Of a stretch of DNA of 64,000 bases, positions 10,447-19,422 are shown in pieces. This DNA is from a virus, in the IMG/VR virus record IMGVR_UViG_3300023184_008808, positions 26,160 through 90,159 of that record. One strand, written 5' to 3'. A program made the position numbers and the translations under genes. A model generated the notes under the pieces. The model was not told the DNA's origin, searched no databases, and worked only from the letters and a program-made list of their open reading frames with translations. The stretch's first letter is position 1, and each line of letters opens with the position of its first letter.

Positions 10447-11022
10447 ATGCAGTCTTTTTCTTTAGTTATAATCCCTGTTGCTCCGAAAGCACAAGATTAT
10501 ATGCATCTTGCTGAAAAGTTTGCTTATATATTTTGCTTGCCACAGGATCGAAGGAATATCAAAGATTCTGAATTTTATTCATTGGCTTGTGTATGGCTAT
10601 GTCGTGCAGTAAAAAAATACACTCATAGTAAGGGTGATTTTGAAAGTTATGCTGGAATGACTATTAGAAATGGTTTGATAAGTCACATCAGATATTTAAA
10701 TCGTAAAAGGCGTAATAAAAAATCTGCTCATCTTGCAGATTTTCAATTAGATAATTTAGTTGATCACAGTAAAAGTGAACTTGATCAGCATTTAGATGAA
10801 GAAGTTAATACTAGACTTGTGGATTTTGTTTTAAAAACCCATAAGAAAGAAACAGATCAAGATAGGGATGATAAAGAGTTGATGTTAGATATTTATTATC
10901 GTGGTAAAACTGTTTTTGATCTCGCAAAGGAACATTCATGCACTCGCATGACTATTTACAACAGGATTCAAAGAATTGTCAATAAGATTCGCCAATGGTA
11001 TTCAGTAGCAGGCAAAAATTGA
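10447..11022 (+). CDS. sigma-70 family sigma factor
   Basis: RAVKKY..KGDFESYAGMTIRNGL (region 2); KTVFDLAKEHSCTRMTIYNRI HTH (region 4). Confidence 0.8.
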   Translation: MQSFSLVIIPVAPKAQDYMHLAEKFAYIFCLPQDRRNIKDSEFYSLACVWLCRAVKKYTHSKGDFESYAGMTIRNGLISHIRYLNRKRRNKKSAHLADFQLDNLVDHSKSELDQHLDEEVNTRLVDFVLKTHKKETDQDRDDKELMLDIYYRGKTVFDLAKEHSCTRMTIYNRIQRIVNKIRQWYSVAGKN

Positions 11023-11131
11023 TGTTGATTTTCAATGTTTAGCCTGTTTATAAAATCACTCTGGTGCAAGAGTGATGTAGCATAGGGGCAAGGTGCACCA
11101 CTTGTTCCAAGTTTGTTGGAGATAAACTTTT

Positions 11132-11476
11132 ATGAACAGGATGTTGTTGGGATTGGCTTTGATGTTTGGTCTTGCTTCCGTCAGTGAAGGTGCGCCTTTT
11201 CGCATTTTTAATCGGAATGCAACGAAAAATGATTCTTCTCGTCCTGTGATAAGTGTTTTCTTGGGTTCGGCCCAAGCTGCAGCTAATCACATGGCTTCTA
11301 TGTGCCGAATGGGGCATTTTGGCAATCCGACAGGCGGGTATGAAGGAGTTGGTATGGGTTCATCTCCTCAATCAGCTATTAGTGCTTGTTGCTATTATGG
11401 TAAACGCCCACTTCGTGATTCTGGTGTTGCACAAGGATCTAACGGAATGTGGTACGCCTGCTGTCGTTACAATTAA
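11132..11476 (+). CDS. secreted Cys-rich CAP/SCP-like small protein
   Basis: Signal peptide; AQAAANHMA..MGH..YEGVG..CCY..GVAQG..WYAC. Confidence 0.7.
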   Translation: MNRMLLGLALMFGLASVSEGAPFRIFNRNATKNDSSRPVISVFLGSAQAAANHMASMCRMGHFGNPTGGYEGVGMGSSPQSAISACCYYGKRPLRDSGVAQGSNGMWYACCRYN

Positions 11477-11494
11477 CGATAAGGCATAATTCTT

Positions 11495-11550
11495 GGATGG
11501 ACAAACCACTCTGGCAGGAAACACATTGTGTGTTGGTGGTTTGTTCATCC
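11495..11550 (+). terminator. hairpin / probable terminator
   Basis: GGATGGACAAACCAC...GTGGTTTGTTCATCC followed by a T-rich tract. Confidence 0.6.
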
Positions 11551-11783
11551 TTGTTTTATTCTTGAATAAAATTTTGATTTTAAATTAAAGAAATATGGAG
11601 ATCAATAAGTGGCTGAAGATAGAGTAAAGTGTGGAAGATTGATGTATAAACGCAAGCAGAGATAAAAGTCAAAAAGAAAAAGAAAATGTAATGGTTTGGC
11701 TAAGAGTGCCTTTTTAACCCTTTTCTTTTTTCTTTTGGCAATTTACAATTGTACAAGATTACTTTTAATTTAAGGATTGTTTT

Positions 11784-12593
11784 ATGAATCCTATTTTTTC
11801 TGTTGAACAAAAGGTTATATTTAGAAATCAAGATGTTGTCATTAAAGCTGTCGGCAAATGTGCTGATGGTAAGCCCAAATATTATTGCAATATGGGTTTG
11901 GTAGGCCTTGGGATGTGGATTCCTGAATCTCAATTGCAAAGTGGCAATTCTCAAGGTCCGCCAATTGTTTCTTTCAACAGGCGCATGCCTCACCTATGTA
12001 TTGTTGATAATTTTTATAAAAACCCTGATGAAATCAGGGCTTTGGCATTAGAGCAACATTATGAGGCTGACATTCGTTTTTATAAAGGAAAGCGAACTAA
12101 AGATCGTTTTCTTTGGCCATTCTTAAAGGAAGAATTTGAGCGCATTCTTGGTCGTCCTATTGTTGATTGGTTAAACCAGCCTGCAAATGGCTGTTTCCAA
12201 ATTACTGGTTATGATGATCCGCTTGTTTATCATAGTGATAATCAAAGTTATGCTGCTGCTATTTATCTAACTCCTCATGCACCAGTTAGTGCTGGAACTA
12301 GTTTTTGGCAAGATAAAAAACATCATGCTCGTCGGCCAACCGATCACCCGATGGAATATGATCGTTATCCAGATGATGAAACTCGCAAACAAGTTTACCT
12401 AGAAGTTTACACAGAATATAATATTACACACCCAGATAACTGGGAACTTGTGGATAAGGTGGGAGCAGTTTATAATCGTCTTGCTATTTGGGATGCTCAA
12501 ATGATTCATTCGGCAAGCACTTATGAAGGGTTGCCCAGTGATGCTGTTGATAAATCAAGATTGGTTCAATTGTTTTTTTTCACTGTAAAGTAA
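11784..12593 (+). CDS. DUF6445-like 2OG-Fe(II) oxygenase-fold protein
   Basis: IVDNFYKNPD, HSD..AAIYLTP..GTSF, NRLAIWDAQMIHSA, RLVQLFF. Confidence 0.8.
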   Translation: MNPIFSVEQKVIFRNQDVVIKAVGKCADGKPKYYCNMGLVGLGMWIPESQLQSGNSQGPPIVSFNRRMPHLCIVDNFYKNPDEIRALALEQHYEADIRFYKGKRTKDRFLWPFLKEEFERILGRPIVDWLNQPANGCFQITGYDDPLVYHSDNQSYAAAIYLTPHAPVSAGTSFWQDKKHHARRPTDHPMEYDRYPDDETRKQVYLEVYTEYNITHPDNWELVDKVGAVYNRLAIWDAQMIHSASTYEGLPSDAVDKSRLVQLFFFTVK

Positions 12594-12599
12594 TATGTC

Positions 12600-12631
12600 A
12601 AAGCCTCTTCAAAATGAAGGGGCTTTATTTT
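12600..12631 (+). terminator. intrinsic terminator
   Basis: AAAGCCTCTTCA-AAA-TGAAGGGGCTTT plus T-rich tail. Confidence 0.75.
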
Positions 12632-12646
12632 TAGGTTTAAATTTTT

Positions 12647-13009
12647 ATGAGTAATTCTCAAAAGTTTGCAAATACTATTGAATCTCTTATGCACGCCATG
12701 GCTGAGGATATAGTGAAAGAGAGATTGGTTGATGTGTTGAAAAATATTGATTGGAGTCGAGAAATTGAAAAACGCATTGATCTTTATAGTCTTATTTGTG
12801 ACAAGATAGATTTAATTGAATTGGTTAAAAATGAAGTTGATTGGGAAAAGTTGGCCCATGAACAATTGATGCCAAAAGCTTTAGTCCAATTTCGCTCACT
12901 ACATGAACTTTCGATGGTAAAATCTGTTGTTGAAAAATCACAAGTGTCAATTGCTCGTAAGCATAATACTTTTTGGAAGCGGTTGTGTTGGTTTTTTAGA
13001 GGGGTCTGA
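12647..13009 (+). CDS. hypothetical protein
   Basis: 120-aa ORF. Confidence 0.65.
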   Translation: MSNSQKFANTIESLMHAMAEDIVKERLVDVLKNIDWSREIEKRIDLYSLICDKIDLIELVKNEVDWEKLAHEQLMPKALVQFRSLHELSMVKSVVEKSQVSIARKHNTFWKRLCWFFRGV

Positions 13010-13010
13010 T

Positions 13011-13118
13011 ATGACTTCTGTTGAAGAATGGCAGATTACTGTCATATTAGTTGGAATTATAGTAATTGGTCCTTTGGCTTATATTTGTCTTTTAAAAAAG
13101 TGGTTTGGTGAAGAGTAA
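13011..13118 (+). CDS. small membrane protein (35 aa)
   Basis: MTSVEEWQITVILVGIIVIGPLAYICLLKKWFGEE, SD-like GAGGGG. Confidence 0.55.
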   Translation: MTSVEEWQITVILVGIIVIGPLAYICLLKKWFGEE

Positions 13119-13126
13119 ATATTTTA

Positions 13127-13238
13127 GAGCATTCGTGCTTCGATGCCACCAATGACCATCAGTGCAGTCTAGGATGACCTCTAGCTTAAATTGTGAGAGC
13201 CTCGGCTCAAAACATGCTGATAGAGGTGGATCTTTTTT
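13127..13238 (+). ncRNA. candidate structured RNA, unassigned
   Basis: UUCG hairpin plus nested stems GAT-CCACC/GGTGG-ATC and ATCAGTG/TGCTGAT enclosing two hairpins; GC-rich island ending in T6. Confidence 0.4.
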
Positions 13239-13258
13239 GATTGTTTAGTTTTTTTGAT

Positions 13259-13366
13259 ACACAAGCTGCTGAAGTTTTATTTTTCTCAGCGTGAGAGTTT
13301 GTTTGCTTATTGATTTGTTTTCTTTGATTTTTATGCTCACACGGGATGCCATATCCCAGCTTGTGT
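13259..13366. ncRNA. candidate four-way-junction RNA, unassigned
   Basis: Closing stem ACACAAGCTG/CAGCTTGTGT enclosing three hairpins. Confidence 0.4.
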
Positions 13367-13562
13367 TTAATTTTTAATGTCTTTTTAGTTAAAAAAATAA
13401 AAAATCATGTATATAATTTTGATGAACTGTTTTTAAAACAGCATCATTTTTTAAATTTGATAACTAAATTTGATAGCAGAATACTAAATTTTAAAAGCAA
13501 AAAACTGCTATAATTAGACCTTGTATAACTTATAGTTAATATTATTTTAAAGACGAAAGTCG

Positions 13563-13601
13563 AAAAATCCTTTGGCGACATAGAGCACCAAAGGATTTTT
13601 T
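13563..13601. terminator. hairpin, bidirectional terminator-like
   Basis: AAAAATCCTTTGG-12 nt-CCAAAGGATTTTT. Confidence 0.55.
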
Positions 13602-13630
13602 ATTTGATTCACCATACTATTTTTTGTCAT

Positions 13631-13701
13631 GCCCTTTTAGTTAAATGGTATAACGGCTGACTTGTAATCAGCGGTTGCCAGTTCGATTCTGGCATAGGGC
13701 T
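13631..13701 (+). tRNA. tRNA-Thr(UGU), CCA not encoded
   Basis: Cloverleaf: GCCCTTT/ATAGGGC acceptor (one mismatch), GTTA/TAAC D-stem, GCTGA-CTTGTAA-TCAGC anticodon arm, GCCAG-TTCGATT-CTGGC T-arm. Confidence 0.93.
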
Positions 13702-13817
13702 TAAAATTTAATCTCTACAATCAAACAAAACTGTGGTATGATATACTTGCAGATGGCATGAGGCCCTTAATTAGCAATATAAAAATTTAATCAAATCCAC
13801 ACGGAGTTGTATGGGCC

Positions 13818-14129
13818 ATGAATACTGCAACAATTGAAGAAACTGAAACAATAGTAAAAAAACAACCACCTTACAATCTTATTCTTTTAAATGATGATGA
13901 TCATACGGAAAGTTATGTAATTAGTATGTGCATGAAGCTTTTTGGATATTCCAAAACAAAAGGTAAAAATATTGCCCTAGAGGTTCATAATACTGGTCGT
14001 TCAATCATATACACTGGATCATTTGAAGTTGTGGAATTAAAACAAGAGCAAGTTCATTCTTTTGGTCGAGATATATTTGTCATGCGTTGTAAGGGAAGCA
14101 TGACAGCAGTTATTGAAAAAGTTGTTTAA
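13818..14129 (+). CDS. clpS: ATP-dependent Clp protease adaptor ClpS
   Basis: PPYNLILLNDDDHTESYV..ALEVHNTGRSII..ELKQEQ. Confidence 0.92.
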   Translation: MNTATIEETETIVKKQPPYNLILLNDDDHTESYVISMCMKLFGYSKTKGKNIALEVHNTGRSIIYTGSFEVVELKQEQVHSFGRDIFVMRCKGSMTAVIEKVV

Positions 14130-14236
14130 ATGCGTCTAAATAACGAATTTATAATTCTTATTTATTGAAAATTTTATGTTTTGATTCTGAAAAACTAATC
14201 TTATAATAGCATATTGATCTTTATTGAAGAGGCAGT

Positions 14237-14479
14237 ATGATTTATTCAAAGTTAGTTGAAGCATTCACCATGTTTATTGGTGCAATTATAGTGCTTCTTA
14301 TTTGTTTTGGTCTCTTTGGATGGCTTATTCAAATTTTGTGGAATGAGTGTCTTGTTCCAGCAGTCTCTATTTGTCAGCCAATTTCATTCTTTCAATCCAT
14401 TGGTTTGATTTGCTTGTTGCACCTATTGACAAAACTTGCATATTTAGATTTGAAAAATCAACCTAAGAAAGAAGAGTGA
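14237..14479 (+). CDS. membrane protein
   Basis: Two hydrophobic helices, LWN..P..ISFFQ pattern. Confidence 0.7.
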   Translation: MIYSKLVEAFTMFIGAIIVLLICFGLFGWLIQILWNECLVPAVSICQPISFFQSIGLICLLHLLTKLAYLDLKNQPKKEE

Positions 14480-14601
14480 TGTATATTTTTTTAAATTCAA
14501 ATGTTTTTTTTATGCATCTTTTGATTATTGCAGGTCTTGTTTTTTTTTGCTCTTTAATTATTTGGATTATTGATTTGTTTCAAAAACATGAAGAAGATTA
14601 A
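14479..14601 (+). CDS. small membrane protein (40 aa), not in ORF track
   Basis: TGATG coupling; MYIFLNSNVFFMHLLIIAGLVFFCSLIIWIIDLFQKHEED. Confidence 0.45.
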   Translation: MYIFLNSNVFFMHLLIIAGLVFFCSLIIWIIDLFQKHEED

Positions 14602-14751
14602 ATTATATGCAATCAATTGTTAAAAAAGCATATAATTTAAAGATGAATGAGATAATAAAATATAAATAGCTATTTTATATGATTAAAAATAAAAGTCTTT
14701 TGAACCTCAAATCAAATCCTAAAAACCTTAAATCTTGCTCTATATAAATTT

Positions 14752-15189
14752 ATGAATCGTCTTCATAAATTTATTGAATATGCATCGCTAAGAGACTCTG
14801 AATCTCAAGATTTAGTCTTTGAAGATTTTAGATCAAAAACACCTCTGTACCCTATGGGATACGGGGGCATTGGTCTTTATCCGTTATCTTGGTTTATTCC
14901 TTATTCTGCAGATGCAATTCTTTATATAACTCAAGATGAGCGTTTGTATTGCAATGGTGATGGGCCTCCTTTTGATATTAGGCACATACCCGGTCATGAG
15001 CAATACGGAGACAAAATAAATAATGGCGAAAAAAAGCCTTTTGATATTACAGACCTACCGGGCAAACCAGTAAAGCCTAAAGGCACACCTCTTCCCGGCG
15101 TTGTCAAACCTTATACTAATTTTGTTAAACTTGTAACTAATGTACGCTCATATATTGATAAGAAAAAGTGGAAAATGCCACCTGCATAA
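14752..15189 (+). CDS. hypothetical Pro-rich late protein
   Basis: TATATA 5 nt before ATG; KFIEY..E N-terminus; PFDI repeat. Confidence 0.7.
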   Translation: MNRLHKFIEYASLRDSESQDLVFEDFRSKTPLYPMGYGGIGLYPLSWFIPYSADAILYITQDERLYCNGDGPPFDIRHIPGHEQYGDKINNGEKKPFDITDLPGKPVKPKGTPLPGVVKPYTNFVKLVTNVRSYIDKKKWKMPPA

Positions 15190-15220
15190 ATGAAAAATTA
15201 TGGTTGTAATTGGAGTTTTT

Positions 15221-16984
15221 ATGTTTAATTTTATTGATTTTCTGCATGAGCGTGATGACAATCTTTATATGAATTTTTTTGATATAATTATTGAACGCTC
15301 TGAATCAGAAATTGAAAATATTCAACCAAAAGATGGGCATTGGAAGAAGATTCAATCGGGCTTTGGTGAATATGTTTTCAATGTTGAAGGTGACGATTGT
15401 GTAATCTATGGCGTAAAGAATGACCCTTGTTATAAAGTTACCATTTCAGGCAATGATAATGATCACAACTATGGTGTAAGTATTGCTTTTACTCGTGGAA
15501 GCAGTTATTCTGATTATCGTGGAGAATTTGGTTCTAAGGTATTTGATGGTGTTCATAAGGCGATTTATGAATATATCAAGCAAAATAAGCCAATAGCTTT
15601 AAATTGGTCACCAATATCACGCACTTCTGTAAATCCTGTAACTGGTGCAATTACAAATCCAGAAGCTCGTTCTAAAGCTTATGAAATTTGGTCGATAAAA
15701 TCTTTATTCCCAGAAAAATATGTTTCTTTTAAGCCTAATCTTTGGATTAGTAGAGAACTATATGACAAGTTTTATGTGCCCCAAGGATTTCCAGCAGTTC
15801 CCAAAGATTTAACTTCCGAATCTACTCCGGGAAATAAGAATAAATTTCTTAAAAAGATGCGTGAGGAACATAATAATCCTGAAAATCGTCAAGCCAGAGT
15901 TCGAGCTTCTGATGCTGTTGATCAATATAGGGCAACTCGTGAGCGAGAAGAAGCAGAAAGACAGCGTCAAGAAGAGCAACGGCGGTTAGATCAAATGATT
16001 AGTGATCCTAATCATAATCCAAATAATTTAGCAGTTGGCTCAAATGTTTATCTTGATATTGATGAAAATAATTATCGCACTAAAAGTTTAAATAGTAATT
16101 TCTATACTTCTTATGAACTTAGAAATCATAAAAATTATTTTGAAGATTACAACAGTGACAAATGTAAAATATTAAATTTCAAAATTAAAAAATTTGATGA
16201 TAAGTTTTTTTTGGTTTCTACAATTAAATTTGCAGCAAATTTAAATGATAACTATGAATTTGATGTTTTAGTTGGAGATTTAAAAAAATATAGTTCAGAA
16301 CATGAAGAAGAGTTTAAACTCAAAGCTAAAGAAGAGTTGCAAAAATTTATTGATGATGCGAGATACAATCCTAACAATTTTAAAGTTGGTTCAAAAGTTA
16401 TTATGCAGCAACATGCAATGGCAGGTTTTGTTCAGCCTTTGTTGGGTGCAGTTGGTACGATAGAAAAAATATCATTTGATTATGATAGAGATTATTTATA
16501 CGCAGATATTATTTGGAATTCTGATGAATCATTAACTGACATTGCTCGTCGAACAATTTCTCAATTTCCTAAAGCAACCAAAATGAATATTTCTCAGGGA
16601 AGACTTCTATTGGCTACACCACAAAACATTGAAAAATTAAAAAACGATATTGAACAAAAAGATCAACAACTTCAAGTACGGCGTCAAGAAGAAGAAGAGC
16701 GTCGTCGTCGTCAAGAAGAAGAGGAAAAGCGTCGTCGGGAAGAAGAAGAACGCTTTCAGCAACGCTCTGCTACTCGTGCAGAACGAGGAGCTCAAATAGA
16801 TACTCTTGGTTTTTCTGTTGGTCAACAGGTTACTGTGACGGCTGGGCCTCATGCTGGCAAGAGTGGTCAAATTCGTGAATTTAGAAGAATGGAAACAACA
16901 TCTGGATCTCCATCAACTGTAGCTATAATAATAAGTAACAATACTCCATTTATTGTTAACACTAGACTTCTAAGGGCTAATTAA
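15221..16984 (+). CDS. hypothetical multidomain protein with C-terminal KOW-like motif, possible head protein
   Basis: MFNFIDFLHE start after GGAG; repeated NPNNxxVGSxV; charged E/R helix; GFSVGQQVTVTAGPHAGKSG. Confidence 0.75.
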   Translation: MFNFIDFLHERDDNLYMNFFDIIIERSESEIENIQPKDGHWKKIQSGFGEYVFNVEGDDCVIYGVKNDPCYKVTISGNDNDHNYGVSIAFTRGSSYSDYRGEFGSKVFDGVHKAIYEYIKQNKPIALNWSPISRTSVNPVTGAITNPEARSKAYEIWSIKSLFPEKYVSFKPNLWISRELYDKFYVPQGFPAVPKDLTSESTPGNKNKFLKKMREEHNNPENRQARVRASDAVDQYRATREREEAERQRQEEQRRLDQMISDPNHNPNNLAVGSNVYLDIDENNYRTKSLNSNFYTSYELRNHKNYFEDYNSDKCKILNFKIKKFDDKFFLVSTIKFAANLNDNYEFDVLVGDLKKYSSEHEEEFKLKAKEELQKFIDDARYNPNNFKVGSKVIMQQHAMAGFVQPLLGAVGTIEKISFDYDRDYLYADIIWNSDESLTDIARRTISQFPKATKMNISQGRLLLATPQNIEKLKNDIEQKDQQLQVRRQEEEERRRRQEEEEKRRREEEERFQQRSATRAERGAQIDTLGFSVGQQVTVTAGPHAGKSGQIREFRRMETTSGSPSTVAIIISNNTPFIVNTRLLRAN

Positions 16985-17001
16985 AATTTGGAGATTTTTC
17001 T

Positions 17002-17754
17002 TTGAACAGACCTTTGCTTATATTGAGCATGCCAAATTGTGGTTCAGACTGGCTTGTATCTACTATTCAGAAAAGCAATCTAGATTTAATTTATAATAGA
17101 GAATTTTTCAATCCAGCCGTTAATATTCAACACAGAGATGTTATTAAGCAAGCATTTGGTAGTGAGTATGTTGGCAATTATAAAAATATAGCACATTTTG
17201 ATTATGAATCTTGTGACAAGGTTTTTAAACAAACTTGGGAAAAGACAAATTTTAATTTTACAAAAGAAAATTATTCAGCGTTTAAGATTCCTTATTTTTT
17301 TGATAAATTCTTTTGTTTTGCTTTTATTCGAGATGTTAGACAATCTCTTCCGGGATCTCGTACCATACAAGTTTCTTCTTGGTATGATGCAATTTATCAA
17401 TCTATGTTGTGTAATTTAGATAGTTTGTCCGATTGGATTAAAGATGCCATAAAAAAATTCACAAGTGAAAATCGTTCAACTTATGAAGAAAATGTGTTTG
17501 CTTTTTTGTTGTATCAAAAAATATTAGTTGAAATGTGCAAAGTTCATGGAATCACCGTTATAGAGTACAAAAATCTCATGCAATTTGATCGTGATAAATT
17601 AACTGACTATTTAAAGATTTTTGAAAATTATCTCAATGTTAAATCATGGGTTAATCATATAGTTAGCAGTCGAAAAAATCATAGACGGAATTTTAATTCA
17701 ACTAATGGTGAATGGATTTTACAAAAATTTTCTGATTTAAAGTGTGGAACATGA
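17002..17754 (+). CDS. sulfotransferase-like P-loop protein
   Basis: LILSMPNCGSDWL resembles the PAPS-binding loop; EFFNP; FIRD. Confidence 0.55.
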   Translation: MNRPLLILSMPNCGSDWLVSTIQKSNLDLIYNREFFNPAVNIQHRDVIKQAFGSEYVGNYKNIAHFDYESCDKVFKQTWEKTNFNFTKENYSAFKIPYFFDKFFCFAFIRDVRQSLPGSRTIQVSSWYDAIYQSMLCNLDSLSDWIKDAIKKFTSENRSTYEENVFAFLLYQKILVEMCKVHGITVIEYKNLMQFDRDKLTDYLKIFENYLNVKSWVNHIVSSRKNHRRNFNSTNGEWILQKFSDLKCGT

Positions 17755-18155
17755 GCGTAAAGCAAGTTATTGTGTGGCGACATGATTTAAATTGTCGAAT
17801 GGGTAAAAAAATGGCACAGGCTGGACATGCAGCTTTGGCTGATTTTTTTTCTAGCTTTCAAAATCATGTTGATGCTTATGGAAATGTTTCATTTCAAATG
17901 ACCGCAGAGCAATTTGAATGGTATCTTAATAATCGAAAAAAGATAGTTCTTAGGGTTGATAGTGAATCAGATTTATTGCTTCTAAAGCAACGAGGCGAAG
18001 AAATGGGGCTTCCTGTTTATTTGATCACAGACGATGGTTTGACCGAATGGGAAAATCCTACCAATACTTGTTTAGCTATTGGGCCTGCCAATGAAGCTGC
18101 AATAGATTTATTGACTGGAGAAAACGGACCCTTAGGAAAATTAAAACTATTATAG
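17751..18155 (+). CDS. pth2: peptidyl-tRNA hydrolase, PTH2 family
   Basis: KQVIVWRHDL..GKKMAQAGHA, KKIVL, DDGLTE, TCLAIGP, IDLLTG..LKLL. Confidence 0.92.
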   Translation: MSVKQVIVWRHDLNCRMGKKMAQAGHAALADFFSSFQNHVDAYGNVSFQMTAEQFEWYLNNRKKIVLRVDSESDLLLLKQRGEEMGLPVYLITDDGLTEWENPTNTCLAIGPANEAAIDLLTGENGPLGKLKLL

Positions 18156-18165
18156 GAATGCTTAT

Positions 18166-18663
18166 ATGTATTTTTATTTCCCGCAAATGTTAAAAGCTGA
18201 TCAATGTGATATGTTGAATCAGTTTGCTTTTGAAAAATTGAAAAACAACCAGATGGAATGTGAGTCTCAAAAAGAATGTCTTGGTAGATCATATGGAATT
18301 GGAGGCTTGCCTCCATTCGAAGGACTTCTTCATCAATTAACACCAATCATAGAAAACGCAACAGGCATTAAGGGATTAGAGGCTCAAAACTCTTTTGTAA
18401 GATTTTATTTTAATGGTGGAAAAATGCTCCGCCATGTAGATCGTGCAGGTTTAGATATAACATTGTCTCTTTGCACTTATAGTAACATTGAAAAGCCATG
18501 GCCTTTATATTTTGAGGTTGATGGAAAAATTGCTTCAGTGAATACTCAGGTAGGAGATGGAGTTATGATAGCTGGTACTAAAATGCATCACTGGCGTGAT
18601 GATTTGATTTGCAATGAAGATCAGTTTGTTATTCAATCTTTTTATCACTGGCGCATACCTTAA
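18166..18663 (+). CDS. 2OG-Fe(II) oxygenase family protein
   Basis: RFY..G..LRHVDR (HxD), WPLY, GDG..G..HWR. Confidence 0.85.
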   Translation: MYFYFPQMLKADQCDMLNQFAFEKLKNNQMECESQKECLGRSYGIGGLPPFEGLLHQLTPIIENATGIKGLEAQNSFVRFYFNGGKMLRHVDRAGLDITLSLCTYSNIEKPWPLYFEVDGKIASVNTQVGDGVMIAGTKMHHWRDDLICNEDQFVIQSFYHWRIP

Positions 18664-18724
18664 TACGGTAAAAAAGCTTGTAATACTCCTGACATAAATC
18701 AATAAATATGTCAATGGAGGTTTT

Positions 18725-19336
18725 GTGATAGCTAACCGTAAAGTGCTCGTTCTCAATAAATCGTGGCAACCGGTTTCGGTTGTCACATTAGAAAAAGCCC
18801 TTTCTAAATTGCTTGCAACATATTCAGATGGCACGCCTAAAGCCAAAATAATTGATGCTGTTCATGATTTTGCTAATTACACTTGGGAAGATTGGAGTAA
18901 ATTAAAGCCATCTGAAAATGAATTAAAAATTCGTACAGTAACTGCAGTCTTTCGAGTTCCTGAAATTATACAATATACAAAATACAATCGTCCTCCAATG
19001 CATCGAGTGAGCTATAACCGTCGAACAATATATCGTCGTGACAATTATACATGTCAATATTGTGGTAAATCTAAGAATACGAATGAAATATCTCTTGATC
19101 ATGTTATTCCAAGATGTCAAGGTGGTTTAACATGTTGGGAAAATATTGTTGTAGCGTGTACTGATTGCAATTCTCGCAAAGCAGGTCGAACCCCAGAGCA
19201 AGCAAGAATGAAGCTGCTCAAAAAGCCTATTCGTCCAAAATACAATTTTTTAATTGAAGATATAAGGGTTGATAGTTGGCAAACTTTTATAGGCGAAGCT
19301 TATTGGAATTGTGAATTAGAAAACGATATGGACTAG
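18725..19336 (+). CDS. HNH endonuclease (McrA-like)
   Basis: VLVLN, RDNYTCQYCG, LDHVIPRCQGG..WENIVVAC..CN..KAGRTP. Confidence 0.92.
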   Translation: MIANRKVLVLNKSWQPVSVVTLEKALSKLLATYSDGTPKAKIIDAVHDFANYTWEDWSKLKPSENELKIRTVTAVFRVPEIIQYTKYNRPPMHRVSYNRRTIYRRDNYTCQYCGKSKNTNEISLDHVIPRCQGGLTCWENIVVACTDCNSRKAGRTPEQARMKLLKKPIRPKYNFLIEDIRVDSWQTFIGEAYWNCELENDMD

Positions 19337-19422
19337 ATTATTTTAACATTTTAGATTATATTCTTTAAGTTGTTTGTTTTTATTTTTAAAACGCAATTGG
19401 CGTTTGGCAACTTTTTGGATAT

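Noticed and set aside
13150-13225. Hatchet ribozyme, tmRNA or tRNA-Sec
   Set aside because: Only short word matches; no tRNA-like termini, UCA anticodon arm or correct motif order.
18725-19336. HNH genes (also 40142..41035) as intron- or intein-borne mobile elements
   Set aside because: Both are freestanding with intact neighbours; no split host gene or intron core was seen.
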